From assembly GCA_963733345.1 (NCBI GenBank), contig CAVTDX010000109.1:1786-65785 (forward strand): 64,000 nt of DNA. The letters are read 5' to 3'. The position numbers were made by a program, and so were the translations under genes. Numbering within the stretch: position 1 is the stretch's first letter; each line of letters opens with the position of its first letter. Below are positions 18,114-27,790 of the stretch, in pieces. The stretch is from an uncultured delta proteobacterium (GTDB lineage Bacteria; Desulfobacterota; Syntrophorhabdia; Syntrophorhabdales; WCHB1-27). The notes under the pieces are model-generated. The model made no database searches and was not told where the DNA came from. It saw nothing but the letters and a program-made list of their open reading frames with translations.

Positions 18114-18466
18114 GCAGCCGGGAAGAGGGCGCCCGCGGCGAAGATGCCGCAATCAAGACTTTGAAGCGCAATGGGTACAGGATAGTCGAGAGGAACTACA
18201 GGAACAAGCTGGGGGAGATAGACGTCGTCGCAGAAGAGGGAGACTGCCTCGTTTTTGTCGAAGTGAAGAAGAGGAACACGCCGTTTTTCGGCGAGGCGGT
18301 CTGCGCCGTAGACGAGAATAAAAAGCGCCGGCTCGTGAGGGCCGCGCTCTTTTATCTGAAGGAGCATCGCTGTTGGAACAGGAGGGCCCGCTTCGACGTG
18401 ATCGGCATCGACGACGAGCGGATCAAGCTCGTCAAGAACGCTTTTCTGGTAGAAGAACATGGATGA
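18110..18466 (+). CDS. yraN: YraN-family endonuclease-like protein (UPF0102)
   Basis: GEDAAIKTLKRNGYRIVERNYRNKLGEIDVVAEEGDCLVFVEVKKR. GTG start overlaps the rnhB stop. Confidence 0.8.
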   Translation: MSSREEGARGEDAAIKTLKRNGYRIVERNYRNKLGEIDVVAEEGDCLVFVEVKKRNTPFFGEAVCAVDENKKRRLVRAALFYLKEHRCWNRRARFDVIGIDDERIKLVKNAFLVEEHG

Positions 18467-19199
18467 ACGAATTCTCGAGCTCCTTTCCGCGGTCGCCGGC
18501 GGCGCAGTCTCTGTCGAGGCGGCTTTCGAGGAGCTGAAGGACGCGCCCTTCCAGGACCTGACGCACACCAAGATCGACCTTCACCGGCAACTCCGGAAAG
18601 GCGTACAGGAAGTCATTTTCGGCGAAGGCAAGACCTTCGAGCAGATTGCGGAGATCGCCAGGGCCATGATGGAAAAAAGGATCGACGTGCTCGCCACGAG
18701 GATCGATCAGGAGAAGGGCGCCAGGCTTGCCGTTTCCTTTCCGGAAGGCGCCTATCACGGGGCCGCCCGTTGCTTCACGATTAAAAAGGACAAGACCGTG
18801 AGGGGGAAAGGGACAATCCTTGTCGCCTCCGCAGGGACGAGCGATATTCCCGTTGCCGAAGAGGCATACGCTACCTCCGTCTTCTTCGGCAATCCGACGG
18901 AGAGGCTTTACGATGTGGGCGTCGCCGGCATTCACCGCCTTTTCCGGAACATGGACGTCCTCAGGAAAGCCCGGATCGTAATCGTGGCCGCAGGCATGGA
19001 AGGCGCCCTCCCCTCCATTGTGGCGGGGCTCGTGGCCGCGCCAGTCATCGCGGTCCCGACGAGCATCGGCTACGGCGCGAGCTTCGGCGGCATTTCAGCC
19101 CTCCTCGCTATGCTCAACTCCTGTTCGACCGTCGCCACTTTCAACATCGACAACGGTTTCGGCGCGGCCTATTTCGCGACCCTGATAAATCGCCTATGA
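18459..19199 (+). CDS. larB: Nickel-pincer cofactor biosynthesis protein LarB (AIR carboxylase-like)
   Basis: ASAGTSDIPVAEEA..DVGVAGIHRL..VAAGMEGALPSIVAGLV.APVIAVPTSIGYGASFGGISALLAMLNSC..NIDNGFGAA. Confidence 0.85.
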   Translation: MDERILELLSAVAGGAVSVEAAFEELKDAPFQDLTHTKIDLHRQLRKGVQEVIFGEGKTFEQIAEIARAMMEKRIDVLATRIDQEKGARLAVSFPEGAYHGAARCFTIKKDKTVRGKGTILVASAGTSDIPVAEEAYATSVFFGNPTERLYDVGVAGIHRLFRNMDVLRKARIVIVAAGMEGALPSIVAGLVAAPVIAVPTSIGYGASFGGISALLAMLNSCSTVATFNIDNGFGAAYFATLINRL

Positions 19200-20345
19200 A
19201 TATCCTCTATCTGGACCCCGTCCTTGGCATAAGCGGCGACATGACGATCAGCGCCCTGATCGACGCGGGATGCCCCCTGTCCGTCTTGACGGACCTGCTG
19301 GGGCGGCTCCCGGTGAGCGTGCCTTCCATGTCGACCGAAGAAAAGCGCCACGGCGCCATCGCCGGCAGGCGCCTTATTATCGGTCCGAGCGACATCCGCC
19401 TGTCCGTCACGCAAATGCGGCAGATGATAGAACGGCTCGACGCCGAGGAGCGCGTCAAGGCGGACGCGGCTGCCATCCTTGACATCATCGTCAACGCCGA
19501 GTCGAAGGTGCACGGCGTGCCCAAGGAGGACATACACTTCCACGAGCTCTCCCATATCGATACCATTATCGACGTGCTCTGCGCAGCCAGGGCAATTGCC
19601 TACTTCAAGATAGACAAAGTGTTCTGCGGACCCGTGCCGGTCGGCAGGGGCTTCGTAAAGACGGCTCACGGCATCATGCCCAACCCGCCTCCCGCGACCA
19701 CCGAGCCTCCTTTCCGGCTTCAAGGTGGTCTTTCTCGACGAAGAGCTCGAGCTGACCACGCCGACAGGGGCGGCCATCGTCAGGCACTACGCGAAAAGCC
19801 AGACCGCGCCGGCCTTCAGGATCGTACGCCACGGCTGCGGGTTCGGCGCCTACGAGACGGCGAGGCCGAACGCGCTGCGCGTCTTCATAGGCGAGATGGA
19901 CGCGCCCGACTTCGATGAAGAGATATGGGTCATGGAAGCCGACATGGACGATATGGAAAGCGAGTATATCGGGGCTGCGGCCGAGAGGATCCGCCTCGAA
20001 GGGGCGCTCGACGTGCTCTGCTTCCCTGTGCAGATGAAAAAGGGGCGCCCGGGTATGCGCCTTTCGATCCTTTCCCCGTCATCCCGCATCTCTGCGATCA
20101 GCGATGCGGTCTTTCGGGAGACGTCGACCTTCGGTTTGCGGCTGAGGCCGGAGTTCAGGACAATCCTTGCGCGATCTGAAGAGGTGCGTCCCACTTCGTT
20201 CGGCCCGGTAAGAGTGAAAAAAGGGTATGACAGGTCCGGAAAGCTAGTGAAGACCCATATTGAGTTCGAAGAGGTAAAACGGATTGCCGACGAGCGGGGC
20301 ATGCCGTACCGCAGCCTACTGGACGCTCTTAAGAAAGAACTTTAA
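19196..20345 (+). CDS. larC: Nickel insertion protein LarC (DUF111); apparent +1 frameshift near 19711
   Basis: MNILYLDPVLGISGDMTISALIDAG..HFHELSHIDTIIDV in ORF 19196... ELELTTPTGAAIV.. and the C-terminal domain are in ORF 19725..20345. Confidence 0.85.
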
Positions 20346-20612
20346 GTCCTTGAAGAGACCCGGCTTTATCGCGCGGTCTATCCTTCCGAGCATATCGGCC
20401 TTCATGTACTTCAACTGGGCAAGCCACACGTGGTCGTCCACCTCAACGTAGAGGCGCCTGTCGGCAAATCTCACCGGTCTGGTGTGCTCCGCCAGCTTCT
20501 GCCCCATGATTGCCTGCCATTCGGAGAAGACCCGGTAGGCCTCTACGTCGCCTTTGAAGTCCTGCTCGCGGAGGACTTTTTGCAGGATCTGGCTTAAGAC
20601 GGTGAAAGACAT
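20316..20612 (-). CDS. DUF721/DciA-like protein (putative replicative helicase loader)
   Basis: 98 aa: AYRVFSEWQAIMGQKLAEHTRPVRFADRRLYVEVDDHVWLAQLKYMKADMLGRI is DUF721-like. Confidence 0.6.
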   Translation of the reverse strand: MSFTVLSQILQKVLREQDFKGDVEAYRVFSEWQAIMGQKLAEHTRPVRFADRRLYVEVDDHVWLAQLKYMKADMLGRIDRAIKPGLFKDLKFFLKSVQ

Positions 20613-20617
20613 GGGAC

Positions 20618-22144
20618 TTAAGTCTCTCTCCTCGGGAACAGGGGCGCTATCTTGTCGATAGGCGAAAGGTCGGCCGCAAGATAGAACGATTTTTCCTCCT
20701 CAAAGGCGGCCTTCTCGATGTCTCTGTTGATCCCCAGCGCCTTCCATGCCCTGGCGGTCTTCGACGGCATGAAGGGATAGAGGAGGAGCGTGGCGATCCT
20801 GACTCCGTTCCAGACATTGTAGAGCACGGTGGAAAGCCGGGCCGGGTCCTCCCTGGCGAGCTTCCACGGCGCTTCCGCGTCTATGTACCTGTTGAGGAGG
20901 GCGGTAAGCTCAAAGACCGCGTTGAGCGCCTTGTAAAAACCGAAGTCGTTCATCTCTTTCCGGTACTCGGCGATCAGGTTCTCCGTACGCTCTCTCAGCG
21001 CCGCATCAGTGCCGCCCGGCTCTCCCGGGGCGGTCAGGGTCCCGGCCAGGAACTTCCCGATCATGTTTGCGCTCCTCGAGACCAGGTTGCCGTAATCGTT
21101 CGCGAGGTCCCCGTTGATGCGCGCTACGACTGCTTCTTTCGAAAAATCGGCATCCATGCCAAAGGGCGCCTCCCGGAAGAGAAAGAACCTGAACTCATCG
21201 ACGCCGTACGTGGATGCCACCTCGAAGGGGTCGACCACGTTGCCCAGAGATTTGGACATCTTCTGGCCTTCGACTGTCCACCAGCCGTGGGCAAAGATGC
21301 GCTTCGGCAGGCTGAGGCCCGCGGCCATGAGGAAAGAGGGCCAATAGACTGCATGGAACCTGAGAATGTCTTTGCCGATGAGGTGCGCGTCAGCCGGCCA
21401 GAAACGCTCGAACCTGTCTGAGTCGCTCAAAAAACCGGCGCCGGTCAGGTAATTTGCCAGGGCGTCGAACCAGACATAAACGACATGAGCCGGGTTGCCG
21501 GGAACCGGGATACCCCAGTTGAAAGTGGTCCTGGTGATGGAGAGATCGCGCAGGCCCGCTTTCACGAAGCTTGCCGCCTCATTGTAGCGCACCTCCGGCA
21601 TGACAAAGGTCCTGTGCTCTTCGAGATAGCGGAGCAGGCGCTCTCCGTAGCGGGACATCCTGAAGAAATACGTCTCTTCCTTGAGCCGTTCCACGGCCCG
21701 GCCGCAATCGGGGCATTTGCCGTTTTTTAGCTGCAGCTCGGTAAAATAACTTTCGCAGGGGATGCAGTACCAGTCCTCGTATTCCCCGAGATAGACGTCG
21801 CCTTTCTCGTAAAGCTTTTGAAAGAGGCTCTGTACGGTCTTTTTATGGGCCTCGTCCGTCGTTCTGATGAACCCCGTGTTTGTGATATTGAGGAGCTTCC
21901 AGAGATCGACGAAGGCGGGCAGCATCCGATCCGCCAGTTCCTGGGGCGCGACGCCCTGCTCAAGGGCGCTTTTTTGGGCCTTCTGTCCGTGCTCGTCGAC
22001 CCCGGTGAGGAAAAAGACCTCACAGCCGCAGATCCTCTTGTAGCGCGCCATCACGTCGGCGGCGCAGGTAGTGTAGGCATGGCCTATGTGGGGCACGTCG
22101 TTGATGTAGTAGATAGGCGTGGTAATGTAATAATGCTCGCTCAC
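20618..22144 (-). CDS. metG: Methionyl-tRNA synthetase
   Basis: YYITTPIYYINDVPHIGHAYTT (HIGH), CPDCGR zinc knuckle, KMSKSLGN (KMSKS). 508 aa. Confidence 0.95.
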   Translation of the reverse strand: MSEHYYITTPIYYINDVPHIGHAYTTCAADVMARYKRICGCEVFFLTGVDEHGQKAQKSALEQGVAPQELADRMLPAFVDLWKLLNITNTGFIRTTDEAHKKTVQSLFQKLYEKGDVYLGEYEDWYCIPCESYFTELQLKNGKCPDCGRAVERLKEETYFFRMSRYGERLLRYLEEHRTFVMPEVRYNEAASFVKAGLRDLSITRTTFNWGIPVPGNPAHVVYVWFDALANYLTGAGFLSDSDRFERFWPADAHLIGKDILRFHAVYWPSFLMAAGLSLPKRIFAHGWWTVEGQKMSKSLGNVVDPFEVASTYGVDEFRFFLFREAPFGMDADFSKEAVVARINGDLANDYGNLVSRSANMIGKFLAGTLTAPGEPGGTDAALRERTENLIAEYRKEMNDFGFYKALNAVFELTALLNRYIDAEAPWKLAREDPARLSTVLYNVWNGVRIATLLLYPFMPSKTARAWKALGINRDIEKAAFEEEKSFYLAADLSPIDKIAPLFPRRET

Positions 22145-22939
22145 TTAAGTCTCTCCGCTCTTCACCGGCTTCACGTCTTTGACGGGGAACGTCGCCTCTT
22201 TACCGTCGGCGGTCTCGACCGTGACGGTCCCGGTCAGCACGTTGTTCTTTATCACCTTGGCCTCGCCCGCCGGCGTCGTTGCCCGTTTGCCCACCTTCGG
22301 GAAGTCTTTCTTCAGGTCCACGTACATGCCGTATTCATAGCCCAGGCAGCACATGAGCCTCCCGCACACGCCTGAGATCTTGGACGGGTTGAGGAGGAGG
22401 TTCTGCTCCTTCATCATTTTCACGGAGACTATGGAAAAGCTGTTCAGAAAACGTTTGCAGCAGACTACGTTCCCGCAGTTTCCCATGCCGCCGATGATCC
22501 TGGCCTCGTCCCTGACGCCGACCTGCCGCATCTCGATCCGCACCCTGAACTCTTTCGCCAGTTCCTTGACCAGCTCACGGAAATCGACCCTCTCCTCGGA
22601 AAAGAAATAGAAGAGCAGCTTGGTGGACCTGAGCAGATATTCCGCCCGCAGGAGCTTCATGGGCAGCTTCAGCTCCTCGATCTTCCGCTTGCACAGATCG
22701 AAGGCGCAGTCCTCTTTCCCCTTCAGGGCCTGGTAGTCGGCAACCTCTTCGGGCGAGGCTTTCCTCGCCACTTTCCTCAGGCCCTCTTTCGCGGTCTCCG
22801 CCGGTTCCGTTGCGATGATCCCAAGGCATTCACCCTTGTCGAGGCTGCACACCACCCGGTCGCCCGTTTTCAGGCCCTCCTGGGCCTCCAGCTCGACCGC
22901 CCCTGTCGGACAGCCAAATTTTACCCAGCATGACTTCAT
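22145..22939 (-). CDS. PSP1 C-terminal domain protein (YaaT/RicT-like)
   Basis: FRVRIEMRQVGVRDEARIIGGMGNCG..CC..FL..F..VS.KMMKEQNL.LNPSKISG.CGRLMCCL.YE. ATG 22939 overlaps the holB stop (ATGA). Confidence 0.85.
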   Translation of the reverse strand: MKSCWVKFGCPTGAVELEAQEGLKTGDRVVCSLDKGECLGIIATEPAETAKEGLRKVARKASPEEVADYQALKGKEDCAFDLCKRKIEELKLPMKLLRAEYLLRSTKLLFYFFSEERVDFRELVKELAKEFRVRIEMRQVGVRDEARIIGGMGNCGNVVCCKRFLNSFSIVSVKMMKEQNLLLNPSKISGVCGRLMCCLGYEYGMYVDLKKDFPKVGKRATTPAGEAKVIKNNVLTGTVTVETADGKEATFPVKDVKPVKSGET

Positions 22940-23895
22940 GCCGGCCTCACGAGGCGGAGCATCAGCGTTTCCATTGCCAGGCGCCTGTTTATGTTGTAGC
23001 GAAGGGCGCGCATCATCTCCTGGATCTTTTTTATGGACGATTCCGCCCACGCAGCGCCCCCGGCTGCGGCGGCGCTCACGATCCCAACCAGGTCTTCATT
23101 GAGCAAGCCCGATGGGTCGCCGCCGCGGCAAAGCCGCCAGACATCCCCGAAGAAGGAGAGGAGGAAGGAGAGGTATTCCATCTCTTGATCCTTAGCCGTC
23201 ATCCTTTCCGCCAGGAGGCTCGCCTGTACGGACGCCCGTTTTCGCCCTGCAAGCAGCTCCGCGATCATTAGCCTCATGCGCCGGTGTTCTTCTTCCATCC
23301 AGAAAAGCCCTGACGCGATGCTGCCATTGCTTACGGCGGCAAGGACGTGCGCTTTTTGCCCGTCCATATTGAGCGATCGCTCGAAATACCGTTGGACTTC
23401 TTGCGTTGAAAGGGGGCCGAACCCGAGACGCATGCAGCGTGACCTCACGGTGAGCGGCATCTCCTGCTCCCTCGAAGAGACGAGCAGAAAAAGGTTGGAG
23501 GGCGGAGGCTCCTCCAGCGTTTTCAGGAGGGCATTTGCCGCATCGTGCGTCATAAGCTCCGCATTGTCGATGAGGACCGCCCTTACCGGCGCCTCAAAGG
23601 GGGGCTCGTAGACCTCTTTGATGACGGCGCGCAGTTGGTCAATCTTGATCGACGTCTCGCCGGTCACGAGCGTGAAGTCGGGATGAACGCCGGAATCGAG
23701 GCGCCGGCATTGGCGGCACACGCAACAGGCGGCGCCCTTCGTGCAAAAGAGGTTCTTCACCAGCTCCGCGGCTATAGTCCGTTTTCCCACGCCGCCCGGT
23801 CCGGCGAAAAGCAGCGCGTGGGGGAGTTTCCCCTTTTGGACGAGCGACGCAAGCGCCTGCTTCTGACGCATGTGGCCGACGGCGCTAAACTCCAT
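22936..23895 (-). CDS. holB: DNA polymerase III subunit delta-prime
   Basis: LPHALLFAGPGGVGKRT..C..C..C..SGVHPDF..VLIDNAELMT..AANALLKTLEEPP. Confidence 0.85.
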   Translation of the reverse strand: MEFSAVGHMRQKQALASLVQKGKLPHALLFAGPGGVGKRTIAAELVKNLFCTKGAACCVCRQCRRLDSGVHPDFTLVTGETSIKIDQLRAVIKEVYEPPFEAPVRAVLIDNAELMTHDAANALLKTLEEPPPSNLFLLVSSREQEMPLTVRSRCMRLGFGPLSTQEVQRYFERSLNMDGQKAHVLAAVSNGSIASGLFWMEEEHRRMRLMIAELLAGRKRASVQASLLAERMTAKDQEMEYLSFLLSFFGDVWRLCRGGDPSGLLNEDLVGIVSAAAAGGAAWAESSIKKIQEMMRALRYNINRRLAMETLMLRLVRPA

Positions 23896-24517
23896 GACTT
23901 TCCAGCAGCCTCTCCACCCTTTCCCTTATCGCCATGTGGGTCGCTCCGATATCCACCTTACCGTTGACCACAAAAAACCTTTTTGCATCCTCTTCCACCA
24001 GCTTGAGGTAGCCTCGCTTGATCTGTTCGTGAAAGGCGGCCTCCTCCTGCTCGAACCTGTCCGACTGATAGCCGTCGAGCACTTTCCTTCTTAATCCGAC
24101 GTCCACGTCGCAGTCGAGAAGGATGGTGAGGTTCGGCGTAACGCCTTTAGTGACGAGGCGATTGAGGGTTGCGATGATCCCCAGGTCTACGCCCCTGCCG
24201 TATCCCTGGTAGGCATAGGTGGCGTCGACGAACCTGTCGCAGATCACGACCGCCCCTCTGCTCAGGGCGGGCATAATCACTTCTTCTATGTGCTGCGACC
24301 TGACGGCCATGAATATGAGCAGTTCGGAGAGAGAAAGCACGTTGAGGTCTTTCTGAAGCAGGACCCTCCGCAACGCCTCGCCGAGCGCCGTGCCGCCAGG
24401 CTCCCGCGTCCTCACTACCTGGTAGCCCTTTTCCTGCAGGTATTTGCAAAGAAGCCCAACCTGCGTCGTCTTTCCACTCCCTTCGATCCCTTCGAACGTC
24501 ACGAGCATGAGTCGCAC
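23885..24517 (-). CDS. tmk: Thymidylate kinase
   Basis: LVTFEGIEGSGKTTQ..TREPGGT..E.LIFMAVRSQH..VICDRFVDATYAYQGYGRG. Confidence 0.95.
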   Translation of the reverse strand: MRLMLVTFEGIEGSGKTTQVGLLCKYLQEKGYQVVRTREPGGTALGEALRRVLLQKDLNVLSLSELLIFMAVRSQHIEEVIMPALSRGAVVICDRFVDATYAYQGYGRGVDLGIIATLNRLVTKGVTPNLTILLDCDVDVGLRRKVLDGYQSDRFEQEEAAFHEQIKRGYLKLVEEDAKRFFVVNGKVDIGATHMAIRERVERLLESHGV

Positions 24518-24520
24518 CGC

Positions 24521-25087
24521 CTATTTGGAAACCCTTGTGATGTACTCCCCCGTCCTGGTGTCGATTTTTATCACTTCCCCTTCTTCCAGAAAAAGGGGCA
24601 CCTGGAGCACGTAGCCGGATTCCAGCTCCGCGGGTTTCGTCGCATTCTGGGCGGTGTCCCCCTTCATCCCGGGTTCCGTTTTCACGACCGTCAGGTCGAC
24701 GAAATTGGGGAGGTCCACCCCGATGGCCTTTCCCTTGTAAAAAGAGACATTTATTGTCAGCCCTTCCTTCAGGTAGTTCCTCGCATCCCCGAGGTTCTCC
24801 TCTTCGACGAATAGCTGGTCGTACGTGTTCACGTCCATGAAGTAGTAGTTTACCCCCTCTTTGTACATGTACTGCATCGCCTTCTCTTCCATTTCGGGGA
24901 TCTCGACCTTGTCTCCCGACCTGAACGTCCTGTCGAGCACATTTCCCGTCACCAGGCTCTTGAGCCTCGTCCTGACGAAGGCGCCGCCCTTTCCCGGTTT
25001 GACGTGCTGAAAATCGACTATCGAAAAAGGTTCGTTATCTAGAAGCACTTTCAAGCCCTTCCTGAATTCGCTCGTCGCTGCCATCAT
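24521..25087 (-). CDS. efp: Translation elongation factor P
   Basis: FRKGLKVLLDNEPFSIVDFQHVKPGKGGAFVRTRLKSL.TG.. 188 aa. Confidence 0.95.
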   Translation of the reverse strand: MMAATSEFRKGLKVLLDNEPFSIVDFQHVKPGKGGAFVRTRLKSLVTGNVLDRTFRSGDKVEIPEMEEKAMQYMYKEGVNYYFMDVNTYDQLFVEEENLGDARNYLKEGLTINVSFYKGKAIGVDLPNFVDLTVVKTEPGMKGDTAQNATKPAELESGYVLQVPLFLEEGEVIKIDTRTGEYITRVSK

Positions 25088-26166
25088 TGCAAGCCCCCCT
25101 GTATCTCGAGCAGATCTTTTCGCAAACGGGTCAGGACCTCTCCCCCATTCTCTTTCACGAGCACCATGTCCTCCAGGCGCACACCGCCCACATGAGGGAG
25201 ATAAATGCCGGGCTCAACGGTAACGACCATATGCTCTTCCAGGAGTCCTTCCCCCTTGTTCGTGACGGCCGGCGGCTCATGGACTGCGATCCCCACGCCG
25301 TGGCCGGTCCCGTGGCCGAAGAACTCGACATAGCCCTTCTCCTCGATGAAGCCCCGCACGATCATATCCAACTCCCTCACCGGCAGACCGGACTTCACCG
25401 CGTCGATCCCTTTCCGCTGCGCGCCGCGCACAACGTCATGTATCTCCTGCAGCTGCGCCGTCGTTTGTCCCAAAGAGACGGTGCACGTTTCATCGGAACA
25501 ATACCCGTCTACCCGGCAGCCGAAATCTATTATCACCACTTCGCCCGCCTCCAGGACTTTGTCGGTCGGCCGTCCGTGAGGCAGACCGGCCCTCGGTCCC
25601 GATGCGACAATGGTCTCGAATGACGCGCTTTCCGCGCCGAGGCGCCGCATCGCGCACTCCAGGTCGCTAGCTATCTCCCTTTCCGTCCTTCCCGGCGCGA
25701 TCCTGTCAAAGACGGCCGTAAAAGCATCCGTCGCTATGCGTATAGCCTTTTGGATCGCCAGAATCTCTTCCGGTTCCTTGCACTGTCTCAGAGAATCGAT
25801 ATCATTCGAGAGGGGCACAAACTCGACGGATGGGCTTCCGTCCCTCCACGACCGGTAGGTCTCGAAACTCGTGTGATAGCTGTCGAAGCCCGTTCTCGCA
25901 ACGCCGTACCTGCGGAAAAGGCTGTCCAAAGTCCCGTCCTTTCCTTTTGTCTCAAGCACGACGCAGCCAACGGCTGAGTCCCTGGCGTAGGTGATGTATC
26001 TGCTGTCCACCATGAGGACGACATCGCCCCTGGTGACAAGCGCCGTCCCTTCGGAGCCCCGAAAGCCGGTGAGGTAGAAGATATTGTCCATGCCTTTGAT
26101 GATGCAGGCGTGGAGCCCCTGCCGTTCCAGAATCTCAACCGCTCTGCTTACCCGCTTCTCTCTCAT
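25084..26166 (-). CDS. Xaa-Pro aminopeptidase/dipeptidase (M24B family)
   Basis: Creatinase-like N-terminal domain, then DFGC..DGYCSD.T.T.., HGTGHGVG..VHE.P, TVEPGIY..GGVRLED. Confidence 0.85.
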   Translation of the reverse strand: MREKRVSRAVEILERQGLHACIIKGMDNIFYLTGFRGSEGTALVTRGDVVLMVDSRYITYARDSAVGCVVLETKGKDGTLDSLFRRYGVARTGFDSYHTSFETYRSWRDGSPSVEFVPLSNDIDSLRQCKEPEEILAIQKAIRIATDAFTAVFDRIAPGRTEREIASDLECAMRRLGAESASFETIVASGPRAGLPHGRPTDKVLEAGEVVIIDFGCRVDGYCSDETCTVSLGQTTAQLQEIHDVVRGAQRKGIDAVKSGLPVRELDMIVRGFIEEKGYVEFFGHGTGHGVGIAVHEPPAVTNKGEGLLEEHMVVTVEPGIYLPHVGGVRLEDMVLVKENGGEVLTRLRKDLLEIQGGLQ

Positions 26167-26374
26167 CGCGCTTTTCTTCGATCTTTCTTAATATCCGGCA
26201 GAGCAGCCTGAGCCTCTCTGCGTCCGGCCTTTCTTCGGAAAGAAAGGATAGTCTTTTCCTGTACAGGTGGTTTTCGCCGTCCCTCAGCAAAAGCTGCTCG
26301 TAGACTTCCCTCGCCTTGTCGAAGTGCCCCTGACGCATATATATCTCGGCCAGGGTCGAAGAAAGTATCCTCAA
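26135..26374 (-). CDS. Small TPR-like protein. The start is uncertain, and an N-terminus may lie in another frame from ATG 26448.
   Basis: LAEIYMRQGHFDKAREVYEQLLLRDGENHLYRKRL is TPR-like. The only in-frame start is TTG 26374. A homopolymer (GGGGAAAAA) sits just upstream. Confidence 0.4.
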   Translation of the reverse strand: MRILSSTLAEIYMRQGHFDKAREVYEQLLLRDGENHLYRKRLSFLSEERPDAERLRLLCRILRKIEEKRDEREAGKQSG

Positions 26375-26641
26375 TTTTTCCCCGGCCGCACTGCAGCATT
26401 GAGTCCGCAGGCCGCCCGATTACGCCAATCGATCGTCTTTTTGCCCATATTTGCCTGATAATATAGCACAAAAAGCGCCCGGCCGCAAAAAATCCATTGG
26501 CTCAAACGGTCATCGTCAGATGGTCCGGTCAGGGTCCGTCATAACCGTGCTATACTATAAGCGATTATTCGACGCTGTAAGCGAAAGGGAAGCCGTCTCG
26601 CACGGAAAATCGCCGGCATCGTTAGTTCAGGGCAAGAGATT

Positions 26642-27352
26642 ATGAATTGGGTCCGCCTCTGTAATCTGTCTTTCGCCGCAGATTTCTGGCTCGCTCTGCT
26701 GAGCATCGTCATAATCAACATCATCCTTTCCGGCGACAATGCGGTCATTATAGCACTGGCCGTACGCTCCCTCTCAGGCAGGCAGAGGCTTCAGGGAGTT
26801 ATCCTGGGCATCGGGATGGCCGTGCTGCTGCGGGTCGTGCTTACCTTTTTTTGCGTGAAGCTCCTCCAGATAAGCTGCCTGAAGCTTGTCGGCGGATTGC
26901 TGATCGCATGGATCGCGGTAAAACTCTTCATCGCAGGGACGGATCACGAGGAAAACCGTAAAGAGGTCAATACGCTGGGGAAAGCCGTCGTGGCGATAGT
27001 GATCGCCGACCTCGTGATGAGCACGGATAATGTCCTTGCCGTCGCCGGCGCCTGCAAGGGCAACATGGCCTTGCTTATTTTCGGCCTGGGAAGCAGCATC
27101 CCCCTTGTGGCATTCGGCAGCGACGTCCTTTCGCGGCTGATGGGGAGATATCCGATCATCGTAGCCTTGGGCGCTGCGGTGCTGGGGAGGGTCGCCGGCG
27201 ATTTGATCGTCGGCGACCCGCTCATAGAGAGGACCTTTCACCCGAGCGTCTACGTCGGTTACGGCGTGCAGATCTTCTTCATCCTGGGCGTCGTCGCGGC
27301 TGGAAAGATAATGATGAAGAGGAAGGCGGCCAAACCGGCAGCGGACCCCTAA
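26642..27352 (+). CDS. TerC/YjbE-family integral membrane protein
   Basis: LLSIVIINIILSGDNAVIIALA and a second ADLVMSTDNVLAVAG repeat. Multiple TM segments. Confidence 0.85.
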   Translation: MNWVRLCNLSFAADFWLALLSIVIINIILSGDNAVIIALAVRSLSGRQRLQGVILGIGMAVLLRVVLTFFCVKLLQISCLKLVGGLLIAWIAVKLFIAGTDHEENRKEVNTLGKAVVAIVIADLVMSTDNVLAVAGACKGNMALLIFGLGSSIPLVAFGSDVLSRLMGRYPIIVALGAAVLGRVAGDLIVGDPLIERTFHPSVYVGYGVQIFFILGVVAAGKIMMKRKAAKPAADP

Positions 27353-27430
27353 AATAAACCGACGGAAAGCAAGGCCCTTATCTTAGCGCCCCGGGGCGCC
27401 CTTGGTTAGCGGACCTGCCGCGCCTCGCCC

Positions 27431-27706
27431 CAGGGCAAGCGCATTTGGAAAGCTCCGCATGAGTCAGTCCGAAAGGGGCGGGTGTGGGTTGGCGACTCGT
27501 GCATTGCGAAGGACTGCTTAGAAAAGCTCGCGACGCTTCCGGCGAGGTAGAGAGCCCCCTGGAGCGAGCGGTAAGCGAGCGTTAGGGGGATGGGGGGACG
27601 CATCCGTCCGGAAAAAGGAGCGATTGCTTTTCTCGGAGCGAAGCCTGGCACGAGGAGCCAATTCACGCCCGATAACGACGACAAGATTCCAAATGCGCTT
27701 GCCCTG
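27431..27706. repeat. 276-bp element bounded by perfect 20-bp terminal inverted repeats (MITE-like or a long-hairpin RNA)
   Basis: CAGGGCAAGCGCATTTGGAA (27431-27450) vs TTCCAAATGCGCTTGCCCTG (27687-27706). Interior pairings GAAAAGC/GCTTTTC and CCCCCT/AGGGGG. Confidence 0.85.
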
Positions 27707-27790
27707 AGCTTGCCATGCCGCCGGGAACGTGGTATCTGATAATGTTATAGACTGGGGCAAACCAATTCGATCTTAACGCGGAGGCAAGCC

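Noticed and set aside
26451-26641. Possible yybP-ykoY (Mn2+) riboswitch upstream of the TerC-family gene
   Set aside because: TerC genes often carry it, but I could not find the conserved GGGGAGUAG / UUGACAU / P1 pairing elements. Only weak look-alikes (AAAGGGAAGCC, GCAAGAG) are present.
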